A stretch of 35,894 bases of DNA from a virus (IMGVR_UViG_3300048856_000028:1-35894), one strand, 5' to 3'; shown: positions 25,102 to 35,087, counted from the stretch's first letter. Notes: generated by a model from the letters alone, not told the origin. Translations and numbers: made by a program.

Positions 25102-25419
25102 TCAATCCTCGTTCATCGCGTCGAGTGCCGCGTTCTCCATGACGCGGATCGACTCGAAGTACTCCGGCCACTCAGCGCGCGGCACGCGGTTCATGCGCAG
25201 CACGAAAGGCAGGGTGTTGTAGTCGAGCCCGATCGGGCCGCGCCCCCCAATGCGCCACTGCGTCACGAGTTGCGCGAACACCTCGAAGATGCCTGCGTTA
25301 TCGGGCCAGAGGTCGACAGGCGGCGGTGCCACGTCCGCAACGGTGAGGCACAGCCCGGCAAGTTCCGACTCGTTCGGCGGGCGCCAATACAGCCGGCGCG
25401 CCGCCGCGATCAGTTTCCC
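25102..25419 (-). CDS. gpT-like -1 frameshift product (DUF1799-like)
   Basis: The -1 frame is open from G GGA AAC (25419-25413) through LWPDN...TQWRIG...GLDY...MENAAL. Confidence 0.75.
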   Translation of the reverse strand, partial: GKLIAAARRLYWRPPNESELAGLCLTVADVAPPPVDLWPDNAGIFEVFAQLVTQWRIGGRGPIGLDYNTLPFVLRMNRVPRAEWPEYFESIRVMENAALDAMNED

Positions 25420-25724
25420 TTGCGCGCCTGCGTCAACTCATCCATGTAGGCCTGAAAGATGGCTTGGGCGGCGTTGTGATAGTTCTGCAGTAGCCTCTCG
25501 AGCGCCTCGACGGAGAACGGCGAATCGACGTCCTCCCAGCCGGCGACGATCTGAAGCAGTTGAACGGCTTCCTTCTCGTCGGACGTGGCCGCGTCCTTGA
25601 AGAACGCAGCCGCTTCGTCCTTGGTCTTGTGCTTGAAGACCATTTTCAGCGTCGCCGCCGGCTTGCCGGGAACAGCGATAGTGACTGGCGCGACGAAGGT
25701 GGGTGCAGGATTCAGGGAGAACAT
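25410..25724 (-). CDS. Tail assembly chaperone (gpG-like)
   Basis: MFSLNPAPTF...ARKGN* ending on a slippery heptamer. Confidence 0.85.
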   Translation of the reverse strand: MFSLNPAPTFVAPVTIAVPGKPAATLKMVFKHKTKDEAAAFFKDAATSDEKEAVQLLQIVAGWEDVDSPFSVEALERLLQNYHNAAQAIFQAYMDELTQARKGN

Positions 25725-26383
25725 CAGGCTTGCGCTCCGCTGTAACGAGTCGGTTGGCCGGTCAGCGACAGGGTGACCGTCTGCGTCATGGCCTCGTTCT
25801 TGGTAGTGGACGGCATGTCGGTCATGGAAACATACGCGCGGAAAAGGATGAAGGCGCCGCTCGGAAGTTGGAACCGGATGGCCCGCGGCTCTCGGTCATC
25901 GCTAGCGGCCTTCAGCACCGGGTAATGCGGCAGCGTGTCATCGTCCGCGATGGTCAGCGTCACCGACCGCGCGCTGCGGGTCGTGGGGATTTGGCGCTCG
26001 TCGCCCACGTCTTCGAGGAACGAGTAGTTGTAGAACTGCTGCTCGCCACCCGATCCACCCGACTCGAGTACCTGCGAGATCTGGGTCCACGCGGTGATTT
26101 CACGCACCGAGCCGATGCCGGAACCGACCGGGAAACGCTTCGTGTCCGTGGTGTCGAGTCCCTCCAGGTCGAAGGTGTCTTCGGTGGCTCCGTCGACGCG
26201 AGCCACCCGCCCGTCCAAGCTGGTCCAACCGGAAGCCACTTCGACCAGAGCTGCATCGGCCAAGCCATGGGCGACGGCTGTGAGTACCGGCGGCTTCGCG
26301 TTGGTCGCCGCGGTCACCGGCTTCGCGGTGCCGTAGGTCGACGCGATCGAAAAGATGGCGCCGTTCGGCAAACGTACTGTCAT
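25724..26383 (-). CDS. Major tail tube protein
   Basis: RLPNGA, SGWTSLDGRV, GGEQQF, IPTTRS motifs. Confidence 0.88.
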   Translation of the reverse strand: MTVRLPNGAIFSIASTYGTAKPVTAATNAKPPVLTAVAHGLADAALVEVASGWTSLDGRVARVDGATEDTFDLEGLDTTDTKRFPVGSGIGSVREITAWTQISQVLESGGSGGEQQFYNYSFLEDVGDERQIPTTRSARSVTLTIADDDTLPHYPVLKAASDDREPRAIRFQLPSGAFILFRAYVSMTDMPSTTKNEAMTQTVTLSLTGQPTRYSGAQA

Positions 26384-26446
26384 GTTTCGCTCCCAGAAAT
26401 AGGAAAGCCCGCCGAAGCGGGCCGATAATGAATGCCCGAACGGGCG

Positions 26447-26800
26447 CTACTCAGTGAACCAGATGGAGAAATCCTGCGACGCGCCGTAGAGCCCCACCTC
26501 CTGATCGTGCTGCGACAGCGCGCCATTCAGCGTCTGCGCAAACAGAGAAGGATGTAGTCGCAGATCATCTTCGGCTTTGCGAATCAGCGCCGCGGCCTCC
26601 TTGCGCGTCGTCGCCCACACGTTGACCTGGAACCTGCCATTTTTCTTGTCCGGGACCCCGGCCAAGTAATTGAGAGGGGTCCCGCCAACCTGCTGGTAGA
26701 CAATGAACGGTGCCTCCGTGTTTGCCGGTGCCGTGTCCGGAAAAGCCCGGCCGCCCACTAGACGCTCCAGCACGCTGAAGATGTCAGCCTCTACTGTCAT
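26447..26800 (-). CDS. Tail completion/terminator protein (DUF3168-like)
   Basis: GRAFPDTAP, PFIVYQQVGG, RFQVNVWA. Confidence 0.85.
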   Translation of the reverse strand: MTVEADIFSVLERLVGGRAFPDTAPANTEAPFIVYQQVGGTPLNYLAGVPDKKNGRFQVNVWATTRKEAAALIRKAEDDLRLHPSLFAQTLNGALSQHDQEVGLYGASQDFSIWFTE

Positions 26801-27323
26801 TCGGTACCTCTATCTCATCGCCGAAATCGTCCACAACGGTTTTCGATAGCACCTCCTGCATGCGCTCTGCCGCACGAGTGCTCATCGCTTCCACAGCCGC
26901 TTGCGCACGATCGAAGGCCCGCCGGATGAACGGTATGGCCGGCACCCATACAGGCGTCGGGAGACGCTCAGACGTCGCCACCCAGCTCCCATTGATCTGG
27001 TATGTCCGATTCACGCGCCAGTGGCCGCGCTCAATCAGATGTCCATGCGGCGCCTTGGTAGCGTTCCAACTGACCTGGTAGATGGCTTCCGTATCGCTTG
27101 ATCGTGCCTCGGAAAATACCCGGTAGATCGCGTTTCGTAGCTGTCCCGGCTTGACACCCTTCTTGGCCGGCCCGTCGTAAACGGGCGCGAGCGTCCGCGC
27201 CTCCTCGTAGAGCACAACCGCACCCGCGTGGGCGGCCGGCCTCAGCACGCTGCGCTGGATCTCGGCATCTAGCTTGTCCAGGTCGCCAATCAAGTCGCCC
27301 TTGAACGCGAGATCGATCTTCAT
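26784..27323 (-). CDS. HK97 gp10-like neck protein
   Basis: GQLRNAI, HLIERG, PFIRRAFD. Confidence 0.85.
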   Translation of the reverse strand: MKIDLAFKGDLIGDLDKLDAEIQRSVLRPAAHAGAVVLYEEARTLAPVYDGPAKKGVKPGQLRNAIYRVFSEARSSDTEAIYQVSWNATKAPHGHLIERGHWRVNRTYQINGSWVATSERLPTPVWVPAIPFIRRAFDRAQAAVEAMSTRAAERMQEVLSKTVVDDFGDEIEVPNDSRG

Positions 27324-27646
27324 GGCTGCCGCGCTCCGGTCTCGCAGACCAAGTCAGCAAACTCGCGCCCTGCAGCGTCCGGCATCACCGCCAGCACCTG
27401 GTACACCGTGGCGCCATGGAAGACTCGCATGGTCGCGTCAATGTCCGTCCGGTACCGGATCCGGATGCTGGCGCGGACAGAAGATACCGGCGCATCGGCC
27501 CGGATTGTCTCGATCCCGCTCTTGTGCACGATGTTGGCCCAGACCGTGGCGACGTTTAGCCACTCATCGATGGGCTGACCGACCTCGTCACGCCCTGGAC
27601 CCGGCCTCTGGATGGTGACGAGGCGGTTTAGCTTGCCAGCGCGCAT
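27320..27646 (-). CDS. Head closure protein
   Basis: MRAGKLNRLVTIQ, IRIRYRTDI. Confidence 0.88.
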   Translation of the reverse strand: MRAGKLNRLVTIQRPGPGRDEVGQPIDEWLNVATVWANIVHKSGIETIRADAPVSSVRASIRIRYRTDIDATMRVFHGATVYQVLAVMPDAAGREFADLVCETGARQP

Positions 27647-27647
27647 G

Positions 27648-27992
27648 TCAGACTCCAGGCACGATGCGGTGGGGCCTCAGCAGCCTGCGCGCCGACAACG
27701 GAAGCTCAACGGCGGTCGCGCCGATCACAGAATCCTCCCGATTCGCATAGAGATCGCCAAGCGTCTTCAGGATCGCGGCTTTAACAGCAGAATTGGCGAC
27801 CATGGGAAGCTCACCGGCCGTACCGGCGGCCTCTGCCGCCTCGAGCTCTTCCTGCGTAGCGAACACCTTCCGGTTCAGGTAGTCGATTGCCGCCTGTTGC
27901 GCGCCGTCAAGGTACAGCTGGATCAGCTCGTCCTCGGCACCGACGTCAGTCCGAAGATGCCCGACCGCGAGCTCGAAAGAGACCAACGCCAT
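27648..27992 (-). CDS. Head-tail connector protein (gp6-like)
   Basis: HLRTD, YLNRK, AAIL...LYANRE. Confidence 0.88.
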   Translation of the reverse strand: MALVSFELAVGHLRTDVGAEDELIQLYLDGAQQAAIDYLNRKVFATQEELEAAEAAGTAGELPMVANSAVKAAILKTLGDLYANREDSVIGATAVELPLSARRLLRPHRIVPGV

Positions 27993-27995
27993 GCC

Positions 27996-28292
27996 CTACT
28001 CCGCTGCCTGGTCGCCGGCACCGGAATCGGCGTTGGAAAGCAACGCGGCAAGATCGGCCTTTTTCATGCCCGCCTTGTATTGGATGCCCTTGGCATCGAG
28101 TGCGGTGCGCATCTGCGCGACTGTCAGAGAACCCGGGGCGTCGTCCTGCTCATCATCGGTATCCTCGTCCAGTGCACCGACGGACTTAGCGCCATCGATC
28201 AACTCGGGCGGGCAATCGTCCCCCTGCAGGAACTGGCGCGGATAGATCTCGCCTTCCGGCACACCGAGGAACGCTTTGATCAGCTTCGGCAT
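27996..28292 (-). CDS. Small protein with HeH/Rho-N-like domain after the capsid gene
   Basis: LTVAQMRTALDAKGIQYKAGMKKADLAALL; AGGAGG RBS. Confidence 0.7.
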   Translation of the reverse strand: MPKLIKAFLGVPEGEIYPRQFLQGDDCPPELIDGAKSVGALDEDTDDEQDDAPGSLTVAQMRTALDAKGIQYKAGMKKADLAALLSNADSGAGDQAAE

Positions 28293-28354
28293 GTCTGCCT
28301 CCTTGAAAGAAGATGAGAGCGCCGATCGGCGCCCCCATGTGGAAGCCGTGGCGA

Positions 28355-29593
28355 TCAGACCGCAGCAGCTACCTTCAGCGCGCGCATCGGCTCCGGGTTG
28401 TGCACGCCACCGCCTACACGCTTGGTCGTGTAGAACAGGACGTAAGGCTTGGCGGTGAAGGGATCGCGTAGCACGCGGACGCCGACGCGGTCGAACACGG
28501 TGTAGGTACGCTTGAAGTCGCCAAACAAGACCGGCAGCGCGTTGGCAGCGACGTCCGGCATATCAGGCGCTTCGGTCACCGGGAAGCCGACCACGGTGGC
28601 CGGCTGGCCCGCTACGTACGACGGCTGCCACAGATAGTTGCCCTGGCCGTCCTTGAGCTTGCGGATCACACCCTGCGTCTTCCGGTTCATGGAGAACCTG
28701 GCATTACCGGTGAAAGCCGAAGGCAGGTCATAGACCAAGTCCAGGATGCCGTCCGCCGTGATGGCAGCGGCGTCGCCGCTGTTGACCGCCTTGATTGCGC
28801 CGAAGGGATGCTTGGCCGCATTGGCCCCGCCGGTAACGTAGGTGAGGATGCCGAACGGCTTGTTCGCGCCATCACCACTGAAGAACGCCGCCCCCTCCTG
28901 CTTCGCGAACTCCGTTTCGACCTCTCCGGCCAGCCACGCCTCCAGATTGATTGCAGAGTCGTCCAGGATCTGCTGGGTGGCCGCCGGATTGGCGTAGATC
29001 TCGCCCCAACCGAAGCCGAGGGAGGCAAATGTTCCAGTGTTCGTCTGCGGGCGCGCGGCGGTCTCCCCCACCCAACCCGACGCGGTACCGCCCAGATTGA
29101 ACAGCTTGGTCAGCCCAGCACCGGAAACCGGCGTGACCGTGGCCAGCTGTCGCATCGGGGATACCAGGACCAGCTTGTCGGTGATGGTGCGGTCCCATTC
29201 GACCGGAGCCAGGTATCCGCCTTCGTTGTCGGCACCTTTGTTCAGCGCGGCCTGAACGTCCCCCTTCTTGAAGTGCGACTGGAAGGCGTCGGTGTACTCG
29301 GCGTCCTTCAGTTGCCTGCCGCCGACACCCATCTGCGCTGCCGCCATCTTGACGGTGGCATCGTCGACCGCCTTCTGCAGCTCGGCGACGTGGGCATCGA
29401 TCTTCTCGACCTTGGCCGTGATGTCCGCAGTCGGGATTCCGGCCTTAATGGCGTCCAGTTGCTTGGTGTGCTCCGCCTTGAACGCCTCGAATGCCTTGTT
29501 GACGTTCTCGACCAGCGCTTTGATTTCGGGCGTAGCGGCGCCCTCCGCACGAACAGCCATGATGCCGCGCGGCACTCGAATTGTTTGACTCAT
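28355..29593 (-). CDS. Major capsid protein, HK97 fold
   Basis: GGYLAP, GWVGE, LKDGQGNYLWQP, FGDF, KRVGG; start MSQTIRV at 29593. Confidence 0.93.
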   Translation of the reverse strand: MSQTIRVPRGIMAVRAEGAATPEIKALVENVNKAFEAFKAEHTKQLDAIKAGIPTADITAKVEKIDAHVAELQKAVDDATVKMAAAQMGVGGRQLKDAEYTDAFQSHFKKGDVQAALNKGADNEGGYLAPVEWDRTITDKLVLVSPMRQLATVTPVSGAGLTKLFNLGGTASGWVGETAARPQTNTGTFASLGFGWGEIYANPAATQQILDDSAINLEAWLAGEVETEFAKQEGAAFFSGDGANKPFGILTYVTGGANAAKHPFGAIKAVNSGDAAAITADGILDLVYDLPSAFTGNARFSMNRKTQGVIRKLKDGQGNYLWQPSYVAGQPATVVGFPVTEAPDMPDVAANALPVLFGDFKRTYTVFDRVGVRVLRDPFTAKPYVLFYTTKRVGGGVHNPEPMRALKVAAAV

Positions 29594-29603
29594 TTTTTTC
29601 GTC

Positions 29604-30440
29604 CTAGAAGTTGAGAAAGTTGCTTGCGACCCAATCAATGTCGCTGGTGCCAGCGCGCGGCGTGGCAGGGTCTCCGGCAGCGCCCGGCTTGCCGGAAAAA
29701 AGAGCCTTGAATGCATCCCGGCGAGCCGATCGCGAGTAGCCGGACTTGGCCATCGATGCCTCGATCATCGCCATCGCCCGGCGTTCGCCGGACGCGCTCG
29801 TTACGCGTTCGATTTCAGCGCTGTCGACCAGGCCGCTAGCGAATCCGATCTCAACCGCTTCGTCAGCACCAATCCAAGTCTCCTTGTCCATCATCGCGGC
29901 CGCTTCGGCTTGCGCGATCCCGGCACGCTGCGAGTACACCTTCGCCATCGCAGCGTCGAATGGCTCCAGGATCTCGGCGGTTGCCGCCATGTCGTGCCGG
30001 TTGCCGATCGCGACAGCCCACGCGTTGTGGATCATCAGGAACGCACCGTCGCCCATAAGGATCTCGTCGCCCGCCATCGCAATGACCGAGGCGGCGGAGG
30101 CCGCCAGACCCATCACACGAACCGTGACCTTTGCCTTGTGCTCGCGCAGCAGGTTGTAGATCGCGACGCCCTCAAAGAAGTCGCCACCTGGCGAGTTCAC
30201 GTTGACGGTAACGTCGCGAGCACCAATGCTGCGGAGCGCCGCGCTGATGCGCTTGGTGGTAACGCCCGTCCCTTCCCAGTTCTCGCCGATCGCGTCGTAG
30301 ATGGAAATCGTCGCCTCGTCGTCGCCCTTGGCGGCGCGCACCTCCGGATGCCACTTGTCGACTGCATCGGGGCGAAGGTCGAATTGCGCGCCGTTCAGCC
30401 GATGGTCGGCTCGAATCTCAGGCAGTTGCAGGAGGCTCAT
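29604..30440 (-). CDS. Head maturation protease, ClpP-like
   Basis: NSPGGD, AASAASVIAMAGD, MIHNAW, ETWI. Confidence 0.93.
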   Translation of the reverse strand: MSLLQLPEIRADHRLNGAQFDLRPDAVDKWHPEVRAAKGDDEATISIYDAIGENWEGTGVTTKRISAALRSIGARDVTVNVNSPGGDFFEGVAIYNLLREHKAKVTVRVMGLAASAASVIAMAGDEILMGDGAFLMIHNAWAVAIGNRHDMAATAEILEPFDAAMAKVYSQRAGIAQAEAAAMMDKETWIGADEAVEIGFASGLVDSAEIERVTSASGERRAMAMIEASMAKSGYSRSARRDAFKALFSGKPGAAGDPATPRAGTSDIDWVASNFLNF

Positions 30441-31692
30441 TGCGATTACCTTTCTGGGTGAGCGGGTTGCGCAGGTCGTCTGCTTCAGGGTCGTCGGATC
30501 GCGGCAGGTCCAGGGCGTCGCGAACCTCGTTCTGTTTCATCCATGGCTTCTGGCCTCCCGCGCCAAGCGCCTTTGCAAAGAACTCGGCCTGGTCCTTCGA
30601 CGTGCCGCGCATGAGCGCCTTTTCATTGAACTTGTACTGGTACTGCTCCAACTCGCGCTCATCCAGCAGCACACGAGCAGCCGCCTGCTCCCAGGCGGTG
30701 AACCACGGTGCGAGGGTGTACTGGACGAAGAAGATCGTCAGTTGCTCGATACCGCTACCCCAACTCGTGTCATCCATCATCAGGAGGGGGCGCGGAACGC
30801 CATACATGCGTGCGACTTCCTCAATCTGGTGGTCGCGGTTCTCGACCTGCTGGGCATCGGCGGCTGTGGCCGACCATTTATTGGCTTTGGCGCCCTCTTC
30901 CAGGACCATCCATTTGCCGGCGTTCTCCGCGCCCGAGTACCCTTGCTCGAGGGAATCTTTCATTCGTCCATACGCAGAATCAGACAGCTCGTTCGGCACT
31001 TCGATAGCACCGCCAGCCATCACGCCGGTGCGGAACGTCCTCGACGCCGCCCGTTCTGCTTGGCTTGCCAGCTCGAGCGCTTCGCGGGCCAACTTCACAC
31101 GAGACAGCCCATTGACACCGTCGAGGGACATATCTCGGAGGTGAAAGACTTCTCGCGAGGGCAGCGTGATTTGCCCACCATCCGGCCTGGTATAGTCGTA
31201 GACCATCTGCCACGCGTCGGTCAGCCGGGGCTTACACGATCCGCGCTCGAGCGGTACAAGACGGATGGGCCGGTTGCCAGACCAGATCACCCGAGCGAAT
31301 CCCTGCCCGTCGAGCAGCGTGTGCAACTGGATGAGGCTCTTGAATTCCAACGGCGTCTGCCAGTCGTTCGGCTTCAGCTTCAGCAGCCGATACGCCGGGT
31401 GACTCATGGCCAGCGCCTTGTCGGGCGTGTTCTTCATGAGGTTGAACGGCAGCATGCCGATCGAACCGGAAATGAGCGTCACGCAGCGAAGGACTGCCAT
31501 ATTGCGCAGGCTCCTTGCCTTGCCCTCCAAGCCAGAGTCGATATTGCCGCGCATGTACTCATACAGCGCAGGGTCGTCCAAGCCGTTGAAGGGGAGGCCC
31601 GCAGGGATCTCTGCCCGCGGCATAGAGGCATTAGATGGGCGACCCTGGGCCTCCCGCGTGCTCCCACGCCGGAAGAAATCGAGAACACTCAT
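30418..31692 (-). CDS. Portal protein, HK97 family
   Basis: KPNDWQT, EVFHLR, EEVARMYGVP, NEVR. Confidence 0.93.
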   Translation of the reverse strand: MSVLDFFRRGSTREAQGRPSNASMPRAEIPAGLPFNGLDDPALYEYMRGNIDSGLEGKARSLRNMAVLRCVTLISGSIGMLPFNLMKNTPDKALAMSHPAYRLLKLKPNDWQTPLEFKSLIQLHTLLDGQGFARVIWSGNRPIRLVPLERGSCKPRLTDAWQMVYDYTRPDGGQITLPSREVFHLRDMSLDGVNGLSRVKLAREALELASQAERAASRTFRTGVMAGGAIEVPNELSDSAYGRMKDSLEQGYSGAENAGKWMVLEEGAKANKWSATAADAQQVENRDHQIEEVARMYGVPRPLLMMDDTSWGSGIEQLTIFFVQYTLAPWFTAWEQAAARVLLDERELEQYQYKFNEKALMRGTSKDQAEFFAKALGAGGQKPWMKQNEVRDALDLPRSDDPEADDLRNPLTQKGNRNEPPATA

Positions 31693-31698
31693 AGAACC

Positions 31699-33369
31699 TC
31701 AAAGGAAACGGATACCGCGCGATTCGTAGACGGAGGCCTTCTTGCCTGCCGGATTCAGGGACAACAGGGCCACGGCATTGAATAGCGCCATCAATGGGTC
31801 GATCTTGGCCGTGCCGCTCGCCTGCTTCGTGATGAGAATGGCGTTCCCACGGGGCTCCACCTTGGCGTTGCCAACGCTCCACGCCATCATCGGGCTACCG
31901 CCGTGCCACAGAGCGCCCTCGGCCAGCTTGCGCTCGGTTGTCTTGATCGTGCCGCCCAGCTTCCAACCCTGCGAGATGCCGATGACCACGTCCTCAGGGA
32001 TGCCGGCCGCAACGAGCGCGTCCAGGACGGCGCCGATGCCGCTAGGGTCGACGCCAACCTTGTCCAGCAGCCCAGCCTCGTGAATCTGGAGCACATCCTG
32101 TGCGAGTTCCGCCACGTCGTCGCCGATTTTCTCGACGATGACCAGGTCGCCATCCCTCGCAAAGTCGAGCAGCCGCGGCGCCTCGGCTTTGCGGCGCTCC
32201 AGTACGGCCGGATGGGCCCACGCCTTGCACCAAGCAAGCCACTCCCCGCTCTCCCTGTCGCGGCCCGCGGCCGAGAGCCCCAACAGATCGTCTAGGCCAC
32301 CGCCGTCGATTCCGACGTCGATCACTTCGCAGCGCCGGATCAGCTCCTGCAGCGTAAGGCCCGCCCGTGCCTGCTGCTCCCAGAACAGCGCACCCGCCCA
32401 GTTGTCGGAGCGCAGCGCCAGGCCGATCTCGACGTTGAGGTGTTTGGCCAGGAACTGTTGGAACGCACCGTCGGTCTTGTGGCTGACCTTCTTGAGCTGG
32501 TCCTCAAGCCACTCCGCGCTGACGGATCGTCCAAGGTTCGGGTTCGTGACATGGAAGTTCGCCGCGTCAAGGTAGGCTTGCGCAGCCACCATCTTGGGCG
32601 GGAACTCGTACAGCACGCCAAGGGACTTCGGGTCGCAGATCTTGCCGTCCCGCACGTCGCGGAAGTAGCGCAGCTTTTCCTTGAAGACACCCGCCGGCGG
32701 CGCGTCGCTCTGCGTAGTCAGGTAGATGACCCACCCCTCCTCGCGCGACACCTGGCCGCCGGTCGCCTCCATGAACATGCTTTCAGCGTTCGCTCGGGTG
32801 CCGAAGAGCCAATGCTCGTCCACCAGAATCCGACCCGACTTTTTTCCCGATACCGTGTCGGTGTCGGCCGCCACCACCTTTAGACTCGCCCGCGATACGC
32901 GGTGCGTGATCGTGCGGATATGGTCCTGAATGTGGAACAGGGATGACAGCTCTTCATCCGCCCGGATCATGCCCGCCGCTGGCTTGAAGCTGTTGTCGGC
33001 AACCTCCTTGGTCGGCGCCAGGATCAGGTGCTCTTCTTCCTCGCGCCAGCACAGAATGACTGCCGTCAGCATGATGCCGGCGGCGATGGTCGACTTCGTG
33101 TTCTTCTTGCTGATCAGCAAGTAGAACTCGCGGATGAGCTGCTTGCCGATTTCGGCGTCATATGCGCCGAAGATGGCCGCGACGAAATCGAAGACCCATG
33201 GCTCACTGCACTCGCCGAACGTCGGCTTGCCAGGTAGATCGACGACGCGCAGTTCCTTGAAGATCGTCAGCGCCTGCTCAGCCTGGTCGGGAAAGATCGG
33301 CGGCGGAATGATCGAACGCCGTGAAATCAGGCGTTGCTCCCAGTCCGGGCATGCTGTCGACCATTCCAT
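31699..33369 (-). CDS. terL: Terminase large subunit
   Basis: ISKKNTKST Walker A, LVDEHW Walker B, GIDGGGLDDL, KIDPLMA. Confidence 0.93.
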   Translation of the reverse strand: MEWSTACPDWEQRLISRRSIIPPPIFPDQAEQALTIFKELRVVDLPGKPTFGECSEPWVFDFVAAIFGAYDAEIGKQLIREFYLLISKKNTKSTIAAGIMLTAVILCWREEEEHLILAPTKEVADNSFKPAAGMIRADEELSSLFHIQDHIRTITHRVSRASLKVVAADTDTVSGKKSGRILVDEHWLFGTRANAESMFMEATGGQVSREEGWVIYLTTQSDAPPAGVFKEKLRYFRDVRDGKICDPKSLGVLYEFPPKMVAAQAYLDAANFHVTNPNLGRSVSAEWLEDQLKKVSHKTDGAFQQFLAKHLNVEIGLALRSDNWAGALFWEQQARAGLTLQELIRRCEVIDVGIDGGGLDDLLGLSAAGRDRESGEWLAWCKAWAHPAVLERRKAEAPRLLDFARDGDLVIVEKIGDDVAELAQDVLQIHEAGLLDKVGVDPSGIGAVLDALVAAGIPEDVVIGISQGWKLGGTIKTTERKLAEGALWHGGSPMMAWSVGNAKVEPRGNAILITKQASGTAKIDPLMALFNAVALLSLNPAGKKASVYESRGIRFL

Positions 33370-33373
33370 AGAT

Positions 33374-33880
33374 TCACTTCACAGCGCGCAGTGGCGGGGC
33401 TGCGGCAGAAAACCGCCCCGTCGCCACCTTCTTGGCTTCGTCCTGACGCTCCACCTTCTTTCCGGTGTCACCGAGCTTGCGGTGGAAATACGGCATCAGC
33501 TCCTTGGCTGCAAAGACCCGCAGCTTCGGCTCGGTCTCTACGTCGTTCATTACAGCCTTCAGAAATGCCTTCGGGTCTGCGAACTGGGTCGCCTGCCCCC
33601 AATCGAAGGCCGCCTTCTCGGCCTCCTCGTCCAGAGCAGCCGGCTCAGTTGCCGGGACGGGCTTCGCCGGCGTTGCCTTGGCTGTTGCGGAAGGCTTCTT
33701 CGCTGATTTGGATTTCGCCTTGCGCCCAAGGTGCGCCAGTACGTCGGGATCCTTGGCCAGGCGCGAGCCCGCCGCTGCAGCAGAGTTCGGACTGTAGCCC
33801 GCCGCTATCGCCGCATCCTTATTCGACAGGCCGCGCGCCTTGGCCTCGGCAAATTTCTGCTTCTTGCCGGTCAGCGCCAT
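33374..33880 (-). CDS. terS: Terminase small subunit
   Basis: LTGKKQKFAE...AAIAAGYS...GSRL HTH; upstream of terL. Confidence 0.88.
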   Translation of the reverse strand: MALTGKKQKFAEAKARGLSNKDAAIAAGYSPNSAAAAGSRLAKDPDVLAHLGRKAKSKSAKKPSATAKATPAKPVPATEPAALDEEAEKAAFDWGQATQFADPKAFLKAVMNDVETEPKLRVFAAKELMPYFHRKLGDTGKKVERQDEAKKVATGRFSAAAPPLRAVK

Positions 33881-33909
33881 GTCAAACCCCGCGAAAGGCG
33901 GTCCTATTT

Positions 33910-34085
33910 TTTAACACTCCACGTGGCAAAGAGCCCCGAAGAATCAATGGCTTGCACCCAGTTGTTCAAGCACGCGCAGTGTTAAACGATTAACAAATTT
34001 CGTACGAGGGGAAATTTTCTGCGCGTGAGGGAACGGGTGGTCTAGAAGCAGCCGCCTGCGCAGACTTTCAACCCACCCTCCCCTC
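33910..34085 (-). promoter_or_regulatory. Putative cos packaging region (cosB with IHF site, plus cosN)
   Basis: TTTAACACT (33910-33918) and AGTGTTAAA (33978-33986) are centred on a perfect IHF consensus AATCAATGGCTTG (33942-33954); GTCT...AGAC dyad at 34040-34065; upstream of terS. Confidence 0.65.
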
Positions 34086-34087
34086 AA

Positions 34088-34564
34088 TCACACCACGCAG
34101 ATCAGCCGCGCCATCCCTACGACGAAAGCGACAATGGATGCGCCAACCGCGATCCACTGAATGGCCATCGCAGCGAAAAGCCACCAACTCGGCTGCATGG
34201 CACTTGCTCGCGCAACGCCGAACAGAAAGGACGACAGCCTTCGCTGGTACCACACGCCGAAAACGAAGGAGACAACAAAAATCAACGCCATAACTACAAT
34301 CGCCAAGAGCAACCCCACCAAGAACGGGGCCACCGCGCTAACCGCCGCGGCTTTTGTCGGCGACGCGGCAAGCGCGGTAGCGCCCGCCAGCCCCGCTGCG
34401 TTGATGATTGCGACGTGCTTCACCACCTCCAACCCCCAGTTGATGATGGCCTGGGTGAGCATGCCGCTGAGGCCCTGCAGCATCTGCGACATTTGCGTTC
34501 GGGCCGGCTCTGAGAGCTCGTGAATGAAAGGATCGGGATTGTTATTTTGCGAGGAGGGTTCCAT
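34088..34564 (-). CDS. Multi-pass membrane protein (moron)
   Basis: 158 aa, about 3-4 hydrophobic helices, GGAG RBS; inserted between HNH and cos. Confidence 0.7.
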   Translation of the reverse strand: MEPSSQNNNPDPFIHELSEPARTQMSQMLQGLSGMLTQAIINWGLEVVKHVAIINAAGLAGATALAASPTKAAAVSAVAPFLVGLLLAIVVMALIFVVSFVFGVWYQRRLSSFLFGVARASAMQPSWWLFAAMAIQWIAVGASIVAFVVGMARLICVV

Positions 34565-34612
34565 TACTTTTCTCTCCGAAATGGTTCGGACGGAATGGTA
34601 GCCTGTCGTCGA

Positions 34613-35029
34613 TCAATCAACGACAGATGAAACCTCTTCCCGCTGTTTGTCTCGACTGTGATGCATGGCGCAGAGCGTCTGCCAGTTGGACTGATCCCAG
34701 AACAATGCAGCATCACCACGGTGCGCGACGATGTGGTCCACCACGTTGCCGTAGGGAACCGCAAGACCGCGCGCCGCGCACTCTAGGATCGCGTCGGCCA
34801 CGGTGGACGCCGCGACGCCTATTTCGCGCAGGCAGTACACGCACAGCGGATGCTCGCGGAGATAGGCTTCCCTCGCCCTCTGCCAGCGATAGTCATAACC
34901 GCGCTGCGCTGCGTTCTGCTTGTCGGTGCGCCAAGAGCCCGGCTGCATCGTCGGTGCACGGCCAGCAACATGCCCCACGCGCGCCGGCAGCATCGGCAGT
35001 TTCCGCCGCACACCATCTCCTTGTGCCAT
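34613..35029 (-). CDS. Terminase-associated HNH endonuclease (HK97 gp74-like)
   Basis: RGYDYRWQRAR, HPLCVYC, VVDHIVAHRGD..LFWDQSNWQTLC..HH. Confidence 0.9.
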   Translation of the reverse strand: MAQGDGVRRKLPMLPARVGHVAGRAPTMQPGSWRTDKQNAAQRGYDYRWQRAREAYLREHPLCVYCLREIGVAASTVADAILECAARGLAVPYGNVVDHIVAHRGDAALFWDQSNWQTLCAMHHSRDKQREEVSSVVD

Positions 35030-35087
35030 CGCTTTGTTGGTCCGATGCTACCGGACCCGACCAGATCGGCGTAACTACAAAAACCCC

